Program-made: the position numbers and the translations under genes
Assembly: GCF_018350175.1 (NCBI RefSeq)
Contig: NC_058368.1
Location: forward strand, 22,136,001-22,200,000
DNA length: 64,000 nucleotides
Origin: Felis catus
Taxonomy: Eukaryota
Reading direction: 5' to 3'
The notes under the pieces: generated by a model
Databases searched by the model: none
The model's input: only the letters and a program-made list of their open reading frames with translations
What the model was told of the DNA's origin: nothing
Shown here: in pieces, positions 50,681 through 63,849 of the stretch
How the letters are laid out: the number at the start of each line of letters is the position of its first letter
How positions within the stretch are numbered: the stretch's first letter is position 1

Positions 50681-51359
50681 AGAGTATCCCACTGTAGAAA
50701 GGATAAACTCTCTGCATGGTATGCAAAGTGCTTCGTGGTCCGGTCTAATTTTTTGCTACACTAACATACAGATAGTGTGCACAATACTCCACTATGCACA
50801 CTACAGCACACACTACACACCAAATCACTTGAATTTTCTCAAATTCTGTCTTGTACCCTCTACCTTTGCCTCTTATTTTCCCAGTCACGCTAATTTGCTC
50901 TGCCTGATGCCTTCCTACGCATTCTTCGAGACTAATAAATAGCACCCTACCTCCTCTAAGAATATTTTACTCATTTCTCCAAGCAGTGTAGAGATTTCTG
51001 CTCCCTGCCCTCCCAGTGTCACGTTATAATTACATTTATATGCCAGCCCCTTTTTCGTTCCCCCGTCTCCATTAATAGACTATTTAAGGCCACCAAGGGC
51101 AGGAAACGTGGTCCTTACCTCCCCACTGTTCATCGTGGCACAGTGCCTACCCTGTGGAAAATGTTTAATAAATGTTTGCTAAATCAATTAATCTACCTAG
51201 ACAATTGTTGGGGGAATGATCAAATATTTATCGAATTTAACAAATGCACCAAAATGAAATATTAACCCCAATGGATCAATAAAATATAATGCACGTAAGA
51301 TTGAACTAGGTTTAAACAAAATCAAGGTTAAATGTTTAAAGAACTATTTTCATACTTAC

Positions 51360-51409
51360 AGATTTTCCTTCTGCCCAAATGACTGCTCCAACTCCAGTTT
51401 TATGATCCT
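51360..51409 (-). CDS. CDADC1: CDADC1 coding exon (50 nt)
   Basis: ttatctttcag|(E)DHKTGVGAVIWAEGKS|gtaagt; phases fit both neighbours; too short for the ORF track. Confidence 0.94.
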
Positions 51410-52787
51410 CTGAAAGATAAATGTCATTTAACACAGCAAAAATCAGTGATTTGTTAGTTTCAGAAATACAAGTTTCTAAAAACAGTACATAGTATTGAAA
51501 CATAATTCACAATGTAGCAGCAATCCTTGATATCTTCACTAACTATAGAAATAAATACTTTTTTATTACTAAATAAATTTGTGTAGTAAAAGTTTACCAC
51601 TAAAGTAAATACTTTCAGGCATGGATATGGGAACCAGGTACTAAATAACCATACAGTGTCATTACCAACCCAATCACACAGGATCTATATGCTGAGCTCA
51701 TTACAATGGCAGTGCCCACAGTCAGATCACCGCAAAGCTGTAACCAGAACTGGGGGTAATTTTATAGATTCTCCACCAACAAATCAGTCTCTAAAAGACT
51801 ATTTCTAACAGATGATGAAAATGACTTAAAAAGAAGTTTCTGAACTAATGAATTTAATGTAACAATAATTCACAACAATCAAATCTGTCTTCTAGCATTT
51901 TTTATACTCTAATCATGGAAAATACATTTTATGGAAATATTGTTGCTAAGAAATAAAGCTCAAACTTATAATACAAACAAAAGCAAGTTTTATGGGCTTT
52001 CATACCTATATGAAAGTCCTTTTCCTGACCTTCAGAGTTTATCTCAATGGGAAAAGAAGGTCAACTTAGTGAATGATGCTCATTTCTAAATCAAGTGGCA
52101 GAAGTTATAAACATAAGGTTACAATTTCCCTGCAGAACCAAAACCTCTACAACAAATAAAGCTGTAGTTTTTAAAACCATGAATCTGAAACAGAAAGTTT
52201 TAAAAAACCAAAATAGAAATGCTGCATATCAAGGATTTACTTTTTCCTTTTACTAATACAAAGATAAGTTTCAAATTTCTAAAGACAATTATAGAGTAAT
52301 TATGAAAACCACAGTATTTATCAAAATCTTAATAAGGGACTGATGTGGTTAAGCAGGTACATTTACACAGAAACAGTAACAATCTGGGAACTTACTCTAG
52401 GGCATTTTCATATTGGTAAGGATTAAATGAAACTGTAGTTTCACTCCACAATTTCCTAAAAGTTAATCCCTCCAATGATAACTTCATTCCATCTAGGTAT
52501 TAAAAACTAGTTTGCCTTACAAATAAGTTAATTTTTAAAACTTACGATACTATGATAAAATTCCCCATCTTCAGTTCAAGCAAGCTCAAGTTTTCACAAT
52601 TATATCACAAAGCATTTGTGTAATTTATTTTAAGCACTTTTTACCCATTATCTCATTTTTACCGTAAAGGTAAAGCAGATAAAATTTCCTTTTCTAGATG
52701 AGAAAACAGGCAAAGTAATCAAGTGACTAAACTTTAGCCCACTAAATGAAATCTACCCCTCCCTTTGACATTAAGAATTTCGTAACA

Positions 52788-53003
52788 GGGGCGCCTGGGT
52801 GGCGCAGTCGGTTAAGCGTCCGACTTCAGCCAGGTCACGATCTCAAGGTCCGTGAGTTCGAGCCCCGCATCAGGCTCTGGGCTGATGGCTCAGAGCCTGG
52901 AGCCTGTTTCCGATTCTGTGTCTCCCTCTCTCTCTGCCCCTCCCCCGTTCATGCTCTGTCTCTCTCTGTCCCAAAAATAAATAAACGTTGAAAAAAAAAA
53001 AAA
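52788..53003 (+). mobile_element. Young felid SINE
   Basis: TSD aagaatttcgtaaca at 52773-52787 and 53004-53018. Confidence 0.96.
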
Positions 53004-53929
53004 AAGAATTTCGTAACAAAGATTTCCCTTTATTGAATGCCCAAGTGGGACAATGCTGAAAAGTTCCTGTATTCATGAAATTTATAGTCTGAAGTGGGAG
53101 ACAGACAGGAAGCACCCATGTGCTGTGCTTGTGGTAGAATGGAAATGAACCCCATGCTGAGGAATGGAGGGTATGGGAAGGCTTATTCTACAGTGGAGAT
53201 TCATGGAAGAGATTTTGCTGTAAACAAAACTTTGTTCCTTCCAAGACGTGCAGAGTATAACATAAGAGTGGAAAAGAATATAATTATGGCTTTATGCTCA
53301 TTTCTAAGGCAGGTGGCAGAAGTTATAAACGTAAACCAAAACCTTTAAGTAAAACTATCCTTAATACATGTACAAACCTGAAACAAAAAATGAGAGACTG
53401 AAATAGAAATTCTTCATATGAAGAGTCTATTTTTCCTACCATCAACACTAAGTATTTTTCATGTTATGTTTTTTTTAAGTCTCAGGAGCCACTTTTTCTG
53501 TTTCAGTCTGGGGACAGACTAAACCTTGTCAGGAGGGGAAAAATGTAATTTTCCCTCAGTATGTGGCTCTACTGCCTTTCTAAGTTTAGTTAAACCAACA
53601 GAATATTCTTTTCTATGTCTCTTAAAATCAGAATAAAATTGTATCCATGTTAGATGGAGTAGATTTCACACAGCTCCAAGGTCGGATGACAGATGAGGTA
53701 ATTTCTCAAGAATCTTTTCATGTCTGCAATTTGTACAGACGTTGCTCCCCATAATCTGCTCATTCACAGGTTTTCTTTCTCTGTATACCTTGAAGGAGAA
53801 GGCCAACTTATTATATTCACTGAGCCAAATTTCTGAGACTCCAATCACCAAAAGTCAGAGAACTCTTCAGCCCACGATTCTGGAACACAGGTGTGGTTAT
53901 TTTAGCTCCAGATTCTGTGGTCATGTCAG

Positions 53930-54120
53930 CATTTGCCCAAGTGTGGTCCACAGCCACTTCATCAGAATCACTGCATGTTTGTTAAAAGGAAGACTCCTGA
54001 CTCCCAGGGAAACCCCCTGAAGTGACCTCTCCAAAGACTTCAGCCAGGGCTCAGGAACCCACATTTTTCATGAGCATCCCCTCTGATTCATAGGCAGAGA
54101 ACCAAGTTGAGAACCAACCA
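53930..54120. mobile_element. MER5-like hAT relic
   Basis: aagtgtggtcc...catcagaatcact...ttgttaaaa...aagttgagaacca. Confidence 0.6.
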
Positions 54121-56347
54121 CCAAGTTATGATCTGAAACAGTTAACTTTCATAGCTTCTCCAACCTACTTTCATCATCAATGTTGTGGTTCAGGAGGAAG
54201 GCATAATCCTCAGCTTTGAAAAACACTTAGTCTAAGGGAAAATGGGACCCCCAAAAAAGATTTAAAAATCACACTTAAATCAGGTAGACAAGATGCAATG
54301 CCCTCCTCTTTTTTCCCCCTCTCTAGAGTCTAAATGAATTTTGTCACGTTTTTGCTACCTTTAATGACACCTCCATGGATCCTATTTATTCATCATTTAA
54401 AATACAATTATTAAGTACCAGCTTCTCAATTACTTTTAGAAGTCTGTTGTTAGAGGTTCTGGAATTCATTTCACTCATATTTTTAAATAAAATGGTTTAA
54501 TGAAATGATGTCTTCACCTATGGAGTGAAATAAAATCAAAGTAAACTGAACAGTGTGAAATTAAAAGCCTGAGTTGTTAGGACACTCCATCGGGGGCTAT
54601 CTACCTTGCCGGACTGCCCTCAGTGTTAAATAAGATACATATATAAATTGCCCGGCTCTGTGCCTGACATATTCTAGGTGCTTAAAAAATTGTTACTGTT
54701 ATATAGGTCCAGTATTTCTCATCTGAAGTCCCTTTTATCAAGGTTTGTTTTTTTCTTTTTTTACAGCTTAATGTACTTATTTCATGGTCACACCTAACCA
54801 AATATTTAGTGCAAATATTCATACATTCTACTCCACATGTATGTGTTTGATTATAATGCACTGTGCCAGACCCCCTGGAATGCTGTCATATACAATACAT
54901 GTACCATATTACTTTCTAAAATCTGAAAAATTCTGAACTCCTTTTCATCTGGCTCCAAGAATTTTGGATAAGGGATTGTGGACCATTTAACTTTGGATAT
55001 AAAAAGATTTCCTTTATCCACTCAGCACATCATGCTGAGCATTAGTGCTAAGGAAAAACTGTCCCTTCCCTGGGAGAGCAGAGAGTGGAGTGGAGTGCAT
55101 GACAGAGAGTTGCATCCTATTCAAGATTTGGGCTCCAGGCAAAAAAGCCATCCACAATAAAAAAAATTAACCTGTAAAAATCTTTTAAGTTACCCATCAA
55201 GAGCAGAAGCACAACTTCATGTACAAAACTCCGCACAGAAATAGTAGATACATTTATAGAGTATCTTATAAACAACATAGATGCAAATTTCTATCTATGC
55301 ATTACTGCACCTTTACACACTGGAATCCTACATGGCACGATGAGATGTTCTCCTATGAGAAGAGGTACTGAAATCAACTAAAAGAACAGCAGATTCCGAT
55401 CTCCCAGCTTACGCGCACCCTGGAATCAACTGAATTCTAATTAGCAAAGGAGAATTAATTAGTGAATTATAGCTTTAACAGCTGTTCCCATTTATGTTTC
55501 TGCCCTTCCAGTATGGTTTAGAGAAAAATTATTTACAAGGCTGGTTTTGGCAAAGAGACTAAACGTGCAGCCCACAATACAACATAATTACATTAAATCA
55601 GTCTTTTACATAATTGTTTGGAGTCATATAGCTTGTGCCTATAGTAGAACCACATTCTTTAATAAGAGTTGAGTGATTATTAACCCTGCTGAATGGCAGA
55701 ATCCCTTGCAGAACTTTAAAAATTCATAAGCCTAGGCCACACCCTTAGGAAGCTCTGTTCAGTAGGTCTGGGTTGGAATTTGAGCATTTGGACTTTTAAT
55801 AAAACATTAATTGTGATTCTGAAATGCGGTCATTGAAGATCTCCATTCTGCTGAAAGTACTTTGATTGTGGTCTTTGTTTAGAATATACTGCAGACCAGT
55901 GGTATTTGTATGGACCTTTTCTTAAGATTTTCTTTCTTCTTCTTTCTTGGGATAAGCTAAAAAAATCCTCCATTCACCAAATCTTACTCTACTGCTCCTC
56001 CTGCCTGTATTTTTCCTCCTTATTTCAAAGTCACATTTAAAAAAGTGATCAAGATTCTACTTTGAAAAATCTTACATCTGGTAAGATGTGAAAACATTGT
56101 TCTATAATTAGAAATACAGATGCCATCTTTTATCACAATAAAGAAAATTCCCAATAGTATCCTTTTTCACATATACACTCATGCACAGCTTAATAAAGTT
56201 AAAAATGTTTGATTTCTCAACTTGCTGATGGAAGACATACCAGCAATGGGAAGAATTTGTCATTATTCCTTTACTTTAATTCTGTTATTTTGAGTTCATT
56301 TTTTATTATAAAGATTTTCAAAGTTTTTATTAAATACCGAATACACT

Positions 56348-56562
56348 GGGGCGCCTGGGTGGCTCAGTCGGTTAAATGTCCAACTTCAGCTCAGGTCATG
56401 ATCTCGCAGTTTGTGAGTTCGAGCCCCATGTCGGACCCTATGCTGACAGCTCAGAGCCTGGAGCCTGCTTCGGATTCTGTGTTTCCCCCTCTCTCTGCCC
56501 CTCCCACGCTCATGCTCTGTCTCTCTCTCAATAATAAATAAACATTAAAAACATTAAAAAAA
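56348..56562 (+). mobile_element. Can-SINE
   Basis: TSD aaataccgaataca / aaataccaaataca. Confidence 0.93.
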
Positions 56563-56937
56563 AATACCAAATACATACAAAATACTGAACAGTTAATTAA
56601 AAATGAATGATTTTTGGTTCTCTTTCTCTTTTTGTCCCATCTCTAGTGGAGAGCTCAATGAACAATGAGAACACAAAAGCAGGAAGAAGAAGGTCCTACA
56701 TAATCAGGCCCTGATTTATAAATGTAGCACTGAATATAAGGCCGCAAGGAATCCTAAAACTGCTCTGAGTTGTCTACTCAGGGGTCTCGCTAACTTCTAC
56801 ACATATGACCAGCAAAACTTCAGTACTAAGAAAGAGTAAATGAACCCTACCATGGATGACATGAATACCATTTTACTTCTGAGACAAATACAACCCAATC
56901 AATCAGCCCCAATTTATGCACTAAGCATGTAACTCAC

Positions 56938-57507
56938 CAGTTCGATATGCCAATAACCTGGCCTGAACCATGCAGTGCCTTGCAATTTCTTGTGGCAAAC
57001 TTTGATTGTGAATTTCATTAATCTGTTCGGTATTACCACAATAAAATCCGTAGTGCTTAAAGTTGGGCACACTGGAAGCTACTGTGGCCAAAAGGAGGAT
57101 AAGGTCTTTCATGTTTTGCCTTAGATTGCTAAAGTATGGATTTTCACAGAGGTTCTCCAAACCTATAGTCATCAGTATTTGCTTATGCATGTCTTCATTT
57201 GGAACCAAAAATAACATTTCAAATTCTTTTATTCTTTCTTGTTTACATTCAGAATAAAAGTCAACGTTAGCATCCGGCAGTGTTTTTGCAATTTTTTGAA
57301 TAAAGTCACATTTGTAAGAGGTCTCCTCTACAAACTGCACCATATAACACACCAAAGGCTGAAGTAAGACACACACGTGGGCCCGACTGTTTGACTTCAA
57401 TCTTTCCACTGCTTTGGCATCTAACTTCGCATCTTCAGAACTAGAAGCCTCAGTAAGCAAACTTATTTCTGGATCAGCAGGCCAGTATGAAATTCGGTTA
57501 ACTCCAG
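56938..57507 (-). CDS. CDADC1: CDADC1 large internal coding exon (570 nt)
   Basis: ttttgtatttcag|(A)GVNRISYWPADPEISLLTEASSSEDAKLDAKAVERLKSNSRAHV...QEIARHCMVQARLLAYRT+G|gtgagt; upstream exons lie beyond 64000. Confidence 0.96.
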
Positions 57508-57646
57508 CTGAAATACAAAATATGAAAGGTAGTTATCAGACACATGCTGAAGTTAAGGTTTTCATGATAAATCCACCATATCACTGTGGTAGATCCAGAG
57601 GTCCCAATATAATAAATGTCCATTATGAAGTCAATTTTAATATAGG

Positions 57647-57984
57647 CAGAAGGTTGGCAAACTATAGCCCATCGGCTAAATCTGTCCCATTGCCTGTTTT
57701 TGTACAGCTGGCAGGTTTAAGAATGGATTTTATAGTTTTAAATAATTGCAGAAGGTCAAAAGAATAGTATTTTATGACACATGAAAATTTTATGAAACTC
57801 AAATTCAGTGTCTATAAATAAAGTTTTATTTGAAAACAGACTCACCCATTCATTGACATAGTCTCTAGCTGCTTTTGCACAACAATGGAGTAGCTGAGTT
57901 GAATATCTGTACAGACACCATATGGCCTGCAAAGCCTAAAATATTTACTATCTAGCCCTTCACAGGAAAAGATGGGTGATCCTT
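57647..57984. mobile_element. MER58-like hAT relic
   Basis: ggttggcaaactatagccca...aataaagttttatttgaaaacag...tggcctgcaaagcctaaaatatttactatctagccctt. Confidence 0.82.
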
Positions 57985-59891
57985 AACAAAGCTCATGGAA
58001 GATACTTGTGGAATCACTGGCTTTGCCAAAGTGTGGTCCCAAAGCCCAGTGCCAGGACTAAATACCAGAGTCCTACAAGTAATCAAGTGGCTGCTTTTAG
58101 AAATATCAGAGCCAACAACTGATACTGTCCAGAGTTTGTACTTGAAATAAACAATTCATCCATATATGAAAAATGTACCTATGCTCTGAATTCTTCCTCT
58201 GGGAAGCTACTCTAAAAAGTTATTCTAAACAGAAACAGAAAAAATTCATGCATGCATATATTTAGTGCAGCACTGTTTAAAACAGTAAAAATACAGAAAA
58301 AATCTAAATGGCTAAAATAATGTGAGGGCAACAGTGTATGTGTGTGCGTGTGTTGGGGGGGATGGGGAAACAATATTAATTTTTTTAAGTCCACAAAATT
58401 AAAAACAAAACAATAAACTAGAATTTTCAATCAATGTGACAGTAGGTTAGTAATCTTTAATATACAGAGAAGATTTTAATTCATTAACAGCACATATGAA
58501 TTGACAAGAATAAGGCCTCGAGAGGCAAAATGATATGATCGGACAATTTACAAAATAGAAAACAAAACTAGATTACAAACAGATGAAAAGAATATTTTGC
58601 ATTTGAGAGGGACCAATGAGATGCCTTATACAGGGTACAGCATTAAGCATTCAAATGTTCATTAATTAATTAGTCGTTTACAAAGATATTTGTAATATCT
58701 CCTGCAATTTCAGCTAGGAGACTTTTTACGATTGTGCCCAGAAGCGAAAAGACAGATGGCCCATAGCGTGTCCTACATTCAAAGTAACAGATGAACTAAA
58801 AAGTCTTAGTTGAACAAGCGCACATTTCTATCTACTCCCTGCTACTCCTGAGTCTTACTGTGGTTTGGGTTATAAATCAATTCTGAAGGCCTCGGAGCTA
58901 ATATTAGAAGTTTCCAGTGGCTGCATTTCACCTTCCCTCTGTTGGAGTTCTCATAATCCATTTCCTACTCAGTAGTGATAGTCAATCTTTCATCTAAGCA
59001 TCTGGTTGCTTCTAGTAATCCTGACTTAAGGAGAAGAGAGGATGACTAGTCTTTGGACAAATGTTCATGTACCAGTGGCAAATGCTACAGCAGAGGTTTT
59101 CAGATTTGTTGGTTTGTTTCAGACTCTGTTACACTCTTAAAATTAATGAGAACCCCAAAGAGCTTTGTTTATGTAGATTGTACCTACTGATATTTACTGT
59201 ATCAGAAAATTCAAACAAATTTCAAAAAATATTTATTAATTCATTAAAGGAACAGAGAACCTACTATATATTAATATAAATAACAGTTTAATAAAAACAA
59301 AAACAACATGTATTTCCCAAAACAGCAACAAATACTAGTTGAAAAGAATGGCATTGTTTTAAATGTTTACAAATTTATTATTTAGCTTAACAGAAGATAG
59401 CTGGGTTCTCAAATCTGCTCCTGCTTTCAATCTGTTGTCATAGGTTTTCACTGAAGTATATGAAAAATATCCAGCCTCACAAAGATGTGTAGTTGAAAAA
59501 GGAGTATTTTAACAGCCATTTCAGGTAAGTGAATATTCTTCTTTCATATTACATAGAAGTTTGACAAGGGATAATTTCTTAAAGGTTAGTTACAATGTGG
59601 AATCTGAAATATAACAACAAACTTTTTGTATAATTATGCTAAAGTCCATTGGTTTATTGTGCACTTAGAATGGCACTTTCGCTCATGCATGACTTTGTAG
59701 CATCATGCATTGGTCATTTGGAAATACTGGTTTACTGATTTTACAATATTAAAAAAAAGTTCTATTCATTAATATTATCATCACTGATATCACATCAGAA
59801 GAGTCTTTAAGTGTCGGGAAGCTACATGTTGCTCATGATGGTGGATATGAGTTTTTCAAAATTCTAATTTTCACTTGAAGACTCAACTTTT

Positions 59892-60055
59892 TTTTAAGTT
59901 TTATTTATTTTGAGAGAGTGCATGCACATGAGTGGGGGAGGGACAGAGACAGAGGGAGAATCCTAAGCAGGGCTCAAACGCATAAACTGTGAGATCATGA
60001 CTTGAGCCAAAACCAAGAATTGGATGCTTAATCAACTGAGCCACCCAGGTGCCCC
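59892..60055 (-). mobile_element. Can-SINE with internal deletion
   Basis: TSD ttgaagactcaactttt on both sides. Confidence 0.92.
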
Positions 60056-60352
60056 TTGAAGACTCAACTTTTATTATTGGCAACAAATACTATCCGTTGC
60101 TTTGAGAGAATACTGCCAAACAGCCAAGTGTAAAGAATTAGTTTGTTAGTTCACAGTGTTCAATGAAAAAAGTGGACAATTCAGTTCATAACATAAGCAT
60201 AAAGAGTTAGGGGTTTCCAGAAAAAGAAAGAGAAGTCATTTTAGGCCCCTAGCTCTGCTCCTCAATCTATGCCTTACCAGCTCTAGTCTCCCTAGCACAC
60301 TTCTTGCAGAACTTCCTAAATCAGAATTACAAAGAAATGCAAAAGGATTTAA

Positions 60353-60590
60353 GGGGTGCCTGGGTGGCTCAATTGGTTAAGAGATTAAGCCTCTGACTCA
60401 AACTCAGGTCACGATCTCACGGTTTGTGAGTTCAAGCCCCGTGTGGCGTTCTGTGCTGACAGCTCAGAGTATGGAGCCTGCTTGGGATTCTGTGTCTCCC
60501 TCTCTCTCTGCCTCTCCCCCGCTCGCACTCTCTCTCTCTCTCTCTCTCTCTGTCTTTCTCAAAAATAAGCAAACATTAAACAATTTTTTA
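60353..60590 (+). mobile_element. Can-SINE
   Basis: Imperfect TSD aaatgcaaaaggattt / aaatgcaaatgattt. Confidence 0.92.
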
Positions 60591-61079
60591 AAAAATGCAA
60601 ATGATTTTAAGGGAACAAAGGGAATGCAAAAACTAACAATCTCTACCAAAATAGCCTAATCATTTCAGTCACAATAATTCAGTGGTAAAAACTCACAGTG
60701 CTGTTTCAAAAGTAAACAAGGCCCTGCACTCCCTAACAGAGATAAGCCCAAGACCCCATCCAGCTGATACCAGCTCTCAGTGCTTGCCCATAGCCCCTTA
60801 TTTGCTGCAAATAGTTTCCTTTGTGTGACAACTCCACCAAGGATCTGCCTCATAAACTCCAGTTAGTTTGGATACAATAACTCAAACAGCTGCACCCAGT
60901 AAGTGGTTTTCCTTCAGGCAACCTTTATACTCAGGTTTGTAGGGCAAGTGCTTTAGGCCCACCTCCTATTTTTTTCACACCGAATATTAAAAAGATGTGT
61001 ACTCAAGGGTTGGGATTTAATAAAATTAATAATTTTTACTGTTTCATCACAGACATTCTTACATGAAACTCTCTTTTTT

Positions 61080-61105
61080 TTTAAAGTTTATTTATTTATT
61101 TATTT

Positions 61106-61168
<63 letters not shown>

Positions 61169-61320
61169 CAAGCAGGGAAGGGGCAGAGAGAGAATCCCAA
61201 GCAGGCTCCATGCTGTCAGCACAGAGCCTGATGCAGGGCTCGATCTTACCAACTGTGAGATCATGACCCGAGCCAAAATTCATTCAGACACTTTACCAAT
61301 TTGAGTCATTGAGGCACCGC
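61080..61320 (-). mobile_element. Can-SINE with an expanded (GA)n tract (~61090-61163)
   Basis: TSD catgaaactctctttttt / catgaaaccctctttttt. Confidence 0.92.
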
Positions 61321-62904
61321 ATGAAACCCTCTTTTTTAACTCCAAGTTTGTGGCCTTGAAGAGTACAAGGACTACTATCAGCTTGATTCATACTACGGCA
61401 ACAGTAGTTTTACTCATCATTGTTTTGGTTCTATTAGTATAAATGTAGTATCATTATGAAAACAATTTTATCTTGTGGACCATCAAGAATCCAAAAACCA
61501 CATTTTGAGAACCACCATGCTTTAGAAACGTTTCCTTTAACTGACTTAATAGTATTTGTAATGAAAATAACTTCATTATAGCATGGGGCTAAACCATGAC
61601 CCTTCCCAAGATAAAATATATAAGCCTACGATAACCGCAATTTTATTTATATATGGGCTTAATACTAACACGAAACCACTTCCATGGTAGGTCCTTCCTG
61701 ATTTTCCACACTTCATTTGTTTTGCCAGGTTCAAACGTCTTAAATCAAAGACTAAGACGTGAAGCAGTGGTGAGTTACTTGCACTCCCCTGTCTTTCTAA
61801 TTCTTTCCTTCTAATTCTGATTCTCTAACAGCTCTGAGGCTATTAAGAGTGCTTTCAGCATAGTCAGCTTAGCACAAAACACAACTATGTTTTATTCATT
61901 TTTCTCCCTTGACTCTAGGAGAGATCAGTCAACACATAATTTGCTCTTTTCACATTCTTTTCTTTCTATATCAATGCCACCATCTCCACCTATTTTATAC
62001 CACATTTACACCCAGCCTAATGAGCTCTCAACCTCCTATCTTTCCGTGTTTCAATTCAGTAAAAAAAAATTCAAAAGTAATAATAGAAATTTTAATCATG
62101 TTACATCCTGCTCAAGAAGGTTCAGTGGCTCCATATTATTAATAATAGGGTTTATAGGTCAATTAACACAAGTGACCTAAGTAAAATGAATATCCAATCT
62201 GCACAATCAATTGGTAAAAAAAAAAGAAAACGGAAAAGCTGTCCCCACCTCTCTCATACCTATCTCTCTATTCTTAACAGCAGGGAAAAGACTATAGAAT
62301 CCAGTGGTATCTGTGCTCTACCTGCTTGAATACTTGCTGCGGGCCAGTAGGCTCTAGCCATGTGACCATTTCTTCCGGAAGTGCTTCCACCTGTAGCTCA
62401 AGGGCACTGCCTTTACTATGGATCTGGTCTTTAGTCTTAAGACTTTCATGTAAATAAAAATAGCTCTCCCTCAAAACAAGTGTAGGAACTCTGTTCTATA
62501 AGACAAAGCCCAAAGACCATACAGTTTTTCAAAGTTCTCCACTAAAGTCCCAACCTATCATTTTAAACCATCTGCCACTATTCTTACCAATAATAATTCT
62601 CCATTTCAAACCACTGACTCCCAAAACCTTGCTTCTCACAAACTGATGACCTCACATGTGCTGTCCCCCTCACCAGGAATGTGTTCTTCCTCCTCTACAT
62701 CTGACCCATCAAGATCCAGCTTAAGCCCCAGCCTTTCATCACATGCCAACCTGCATGGGTCACTATTTTGCTTCTGAGTTCAGGTATTACTTAACAGCCT
62801 CTATCACTCATTTGGTATTTGATGTGTTACATTAAATTGTAACACAAATAACCCAAACAGCAACTTGAAGAAGAGGATTAATAACTATGTAAGCCCTTTT
62901 ATTT

Positions 62905-63280
62905 CTCCCCAGAAGTTCTCCAAACCCATCTTTTTGGGTTTTTAAGGAGGCCTCATTACAGAGGCACAACTGATTAAATTATTGACACTGGTAACTGAAC
63001 TCAAACTCCAGTCCCTCTTTCCTTCCGAAGAGGTCTGAGGAGTGAGGTTGAGATTTCCAACGCTCTAGTCACCTGGTTAGCTCCCCTGGCAACCAGGCCC
63101 CCATCAGTGGAGTTTCCCAAAAGCCACTTCTCTAACAAAGTCAGGTGTGTCTGAAGGGGGCTTGTCAGGAATAACAAGACACCTGTATCACTCTCATTAC
63201 TCCAGAAATTCCAAGGCTTTTAGTCGCTCTGTGCCAGGAATGGGATGAAAACCAAATATATAATTCATATTCTCAGTTAA
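62905..63280. mobile_element. MER21-like LTR fragment
   Basis: ttttgggtttttaaggaggcctcattaca...tgattaaattattg...cctggcaaccag...gaaattccaaggcttttag...gctctgtgccaggaa. Confidence 0.72.
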
Positions 63281-63370
63281 AATATCTCAGTTAAAATATG
63301 TAAAAGATATAATATTTTTTAAATGGGAGAATGCTCTGCATACTTACCTGGCTACAAAATAGAATCATAA

Positions 63371-63529
63371 GGGGCACCTGGGTGGCTCAGTTGGTTATTT
63401 TGGTTCAGGTCATGATCTCATGGTTCATGGGATTGAGGCATGCGTCGAGCTCCATGCTGAGCACAGAGCCTGCTTGGGATTCTCTTTCTTCCTCTCTCAG
63501 TCCCTCCCCTGCTTGTGTGCATGCACTCT

Positions 63530-63569
<40 letters not shown>

Positions 63570-63590
63570 ATAAATAAATAAACTTAAAAA
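63371..63590 (+). mobile_element. Can-SINE
   Basis: TSD aaaatagaatcataa on both sides. Confidence 0.93.
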
Positions 63591-63849
63591 AAATAGAATC
63601 ATAAGCATAAAGAGCTTTAGTGAGTGGTCTGATGTAGCAGAGATAGTTAAACATTAATCATCTGTGCTTCTCCTTCTGAAGTACAGAACAATCATTGGGA
63701 GACAGCCGCTCAGCCAAGAACTACAGAGCCCACAGTGGATGTGAACAGAAAGGCCAGCGTTTTTGGGGGGAAGGCATGCCTTCTCTATGCTCTGTCTCGG
63801 TCGGCCTCTGGATGCAGAGGACTCAAGGCTCTAGAAGACAACAGTAGCA

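Larger units (their letters stand above)
59090..61000. mobile_element. Charlie1-like hAT DNA transposon relic, interrupted by SINEs and an LTR-like insert
   Basis: acactcttaaaattaatgagaaccccaaagagctttgtttatgt start; aatttcttaaaggttagttacaatgtggaatctgaaa; resumes at ataactcaaacagctgcac near 60877. Confidence 0.7.

Noticed and set aside
63340..63352. U1 snRNA gene or pseudogene
   Set aside because: Only the first 13 nt match; better explained as a consensus 5' splice site on the opposite strand
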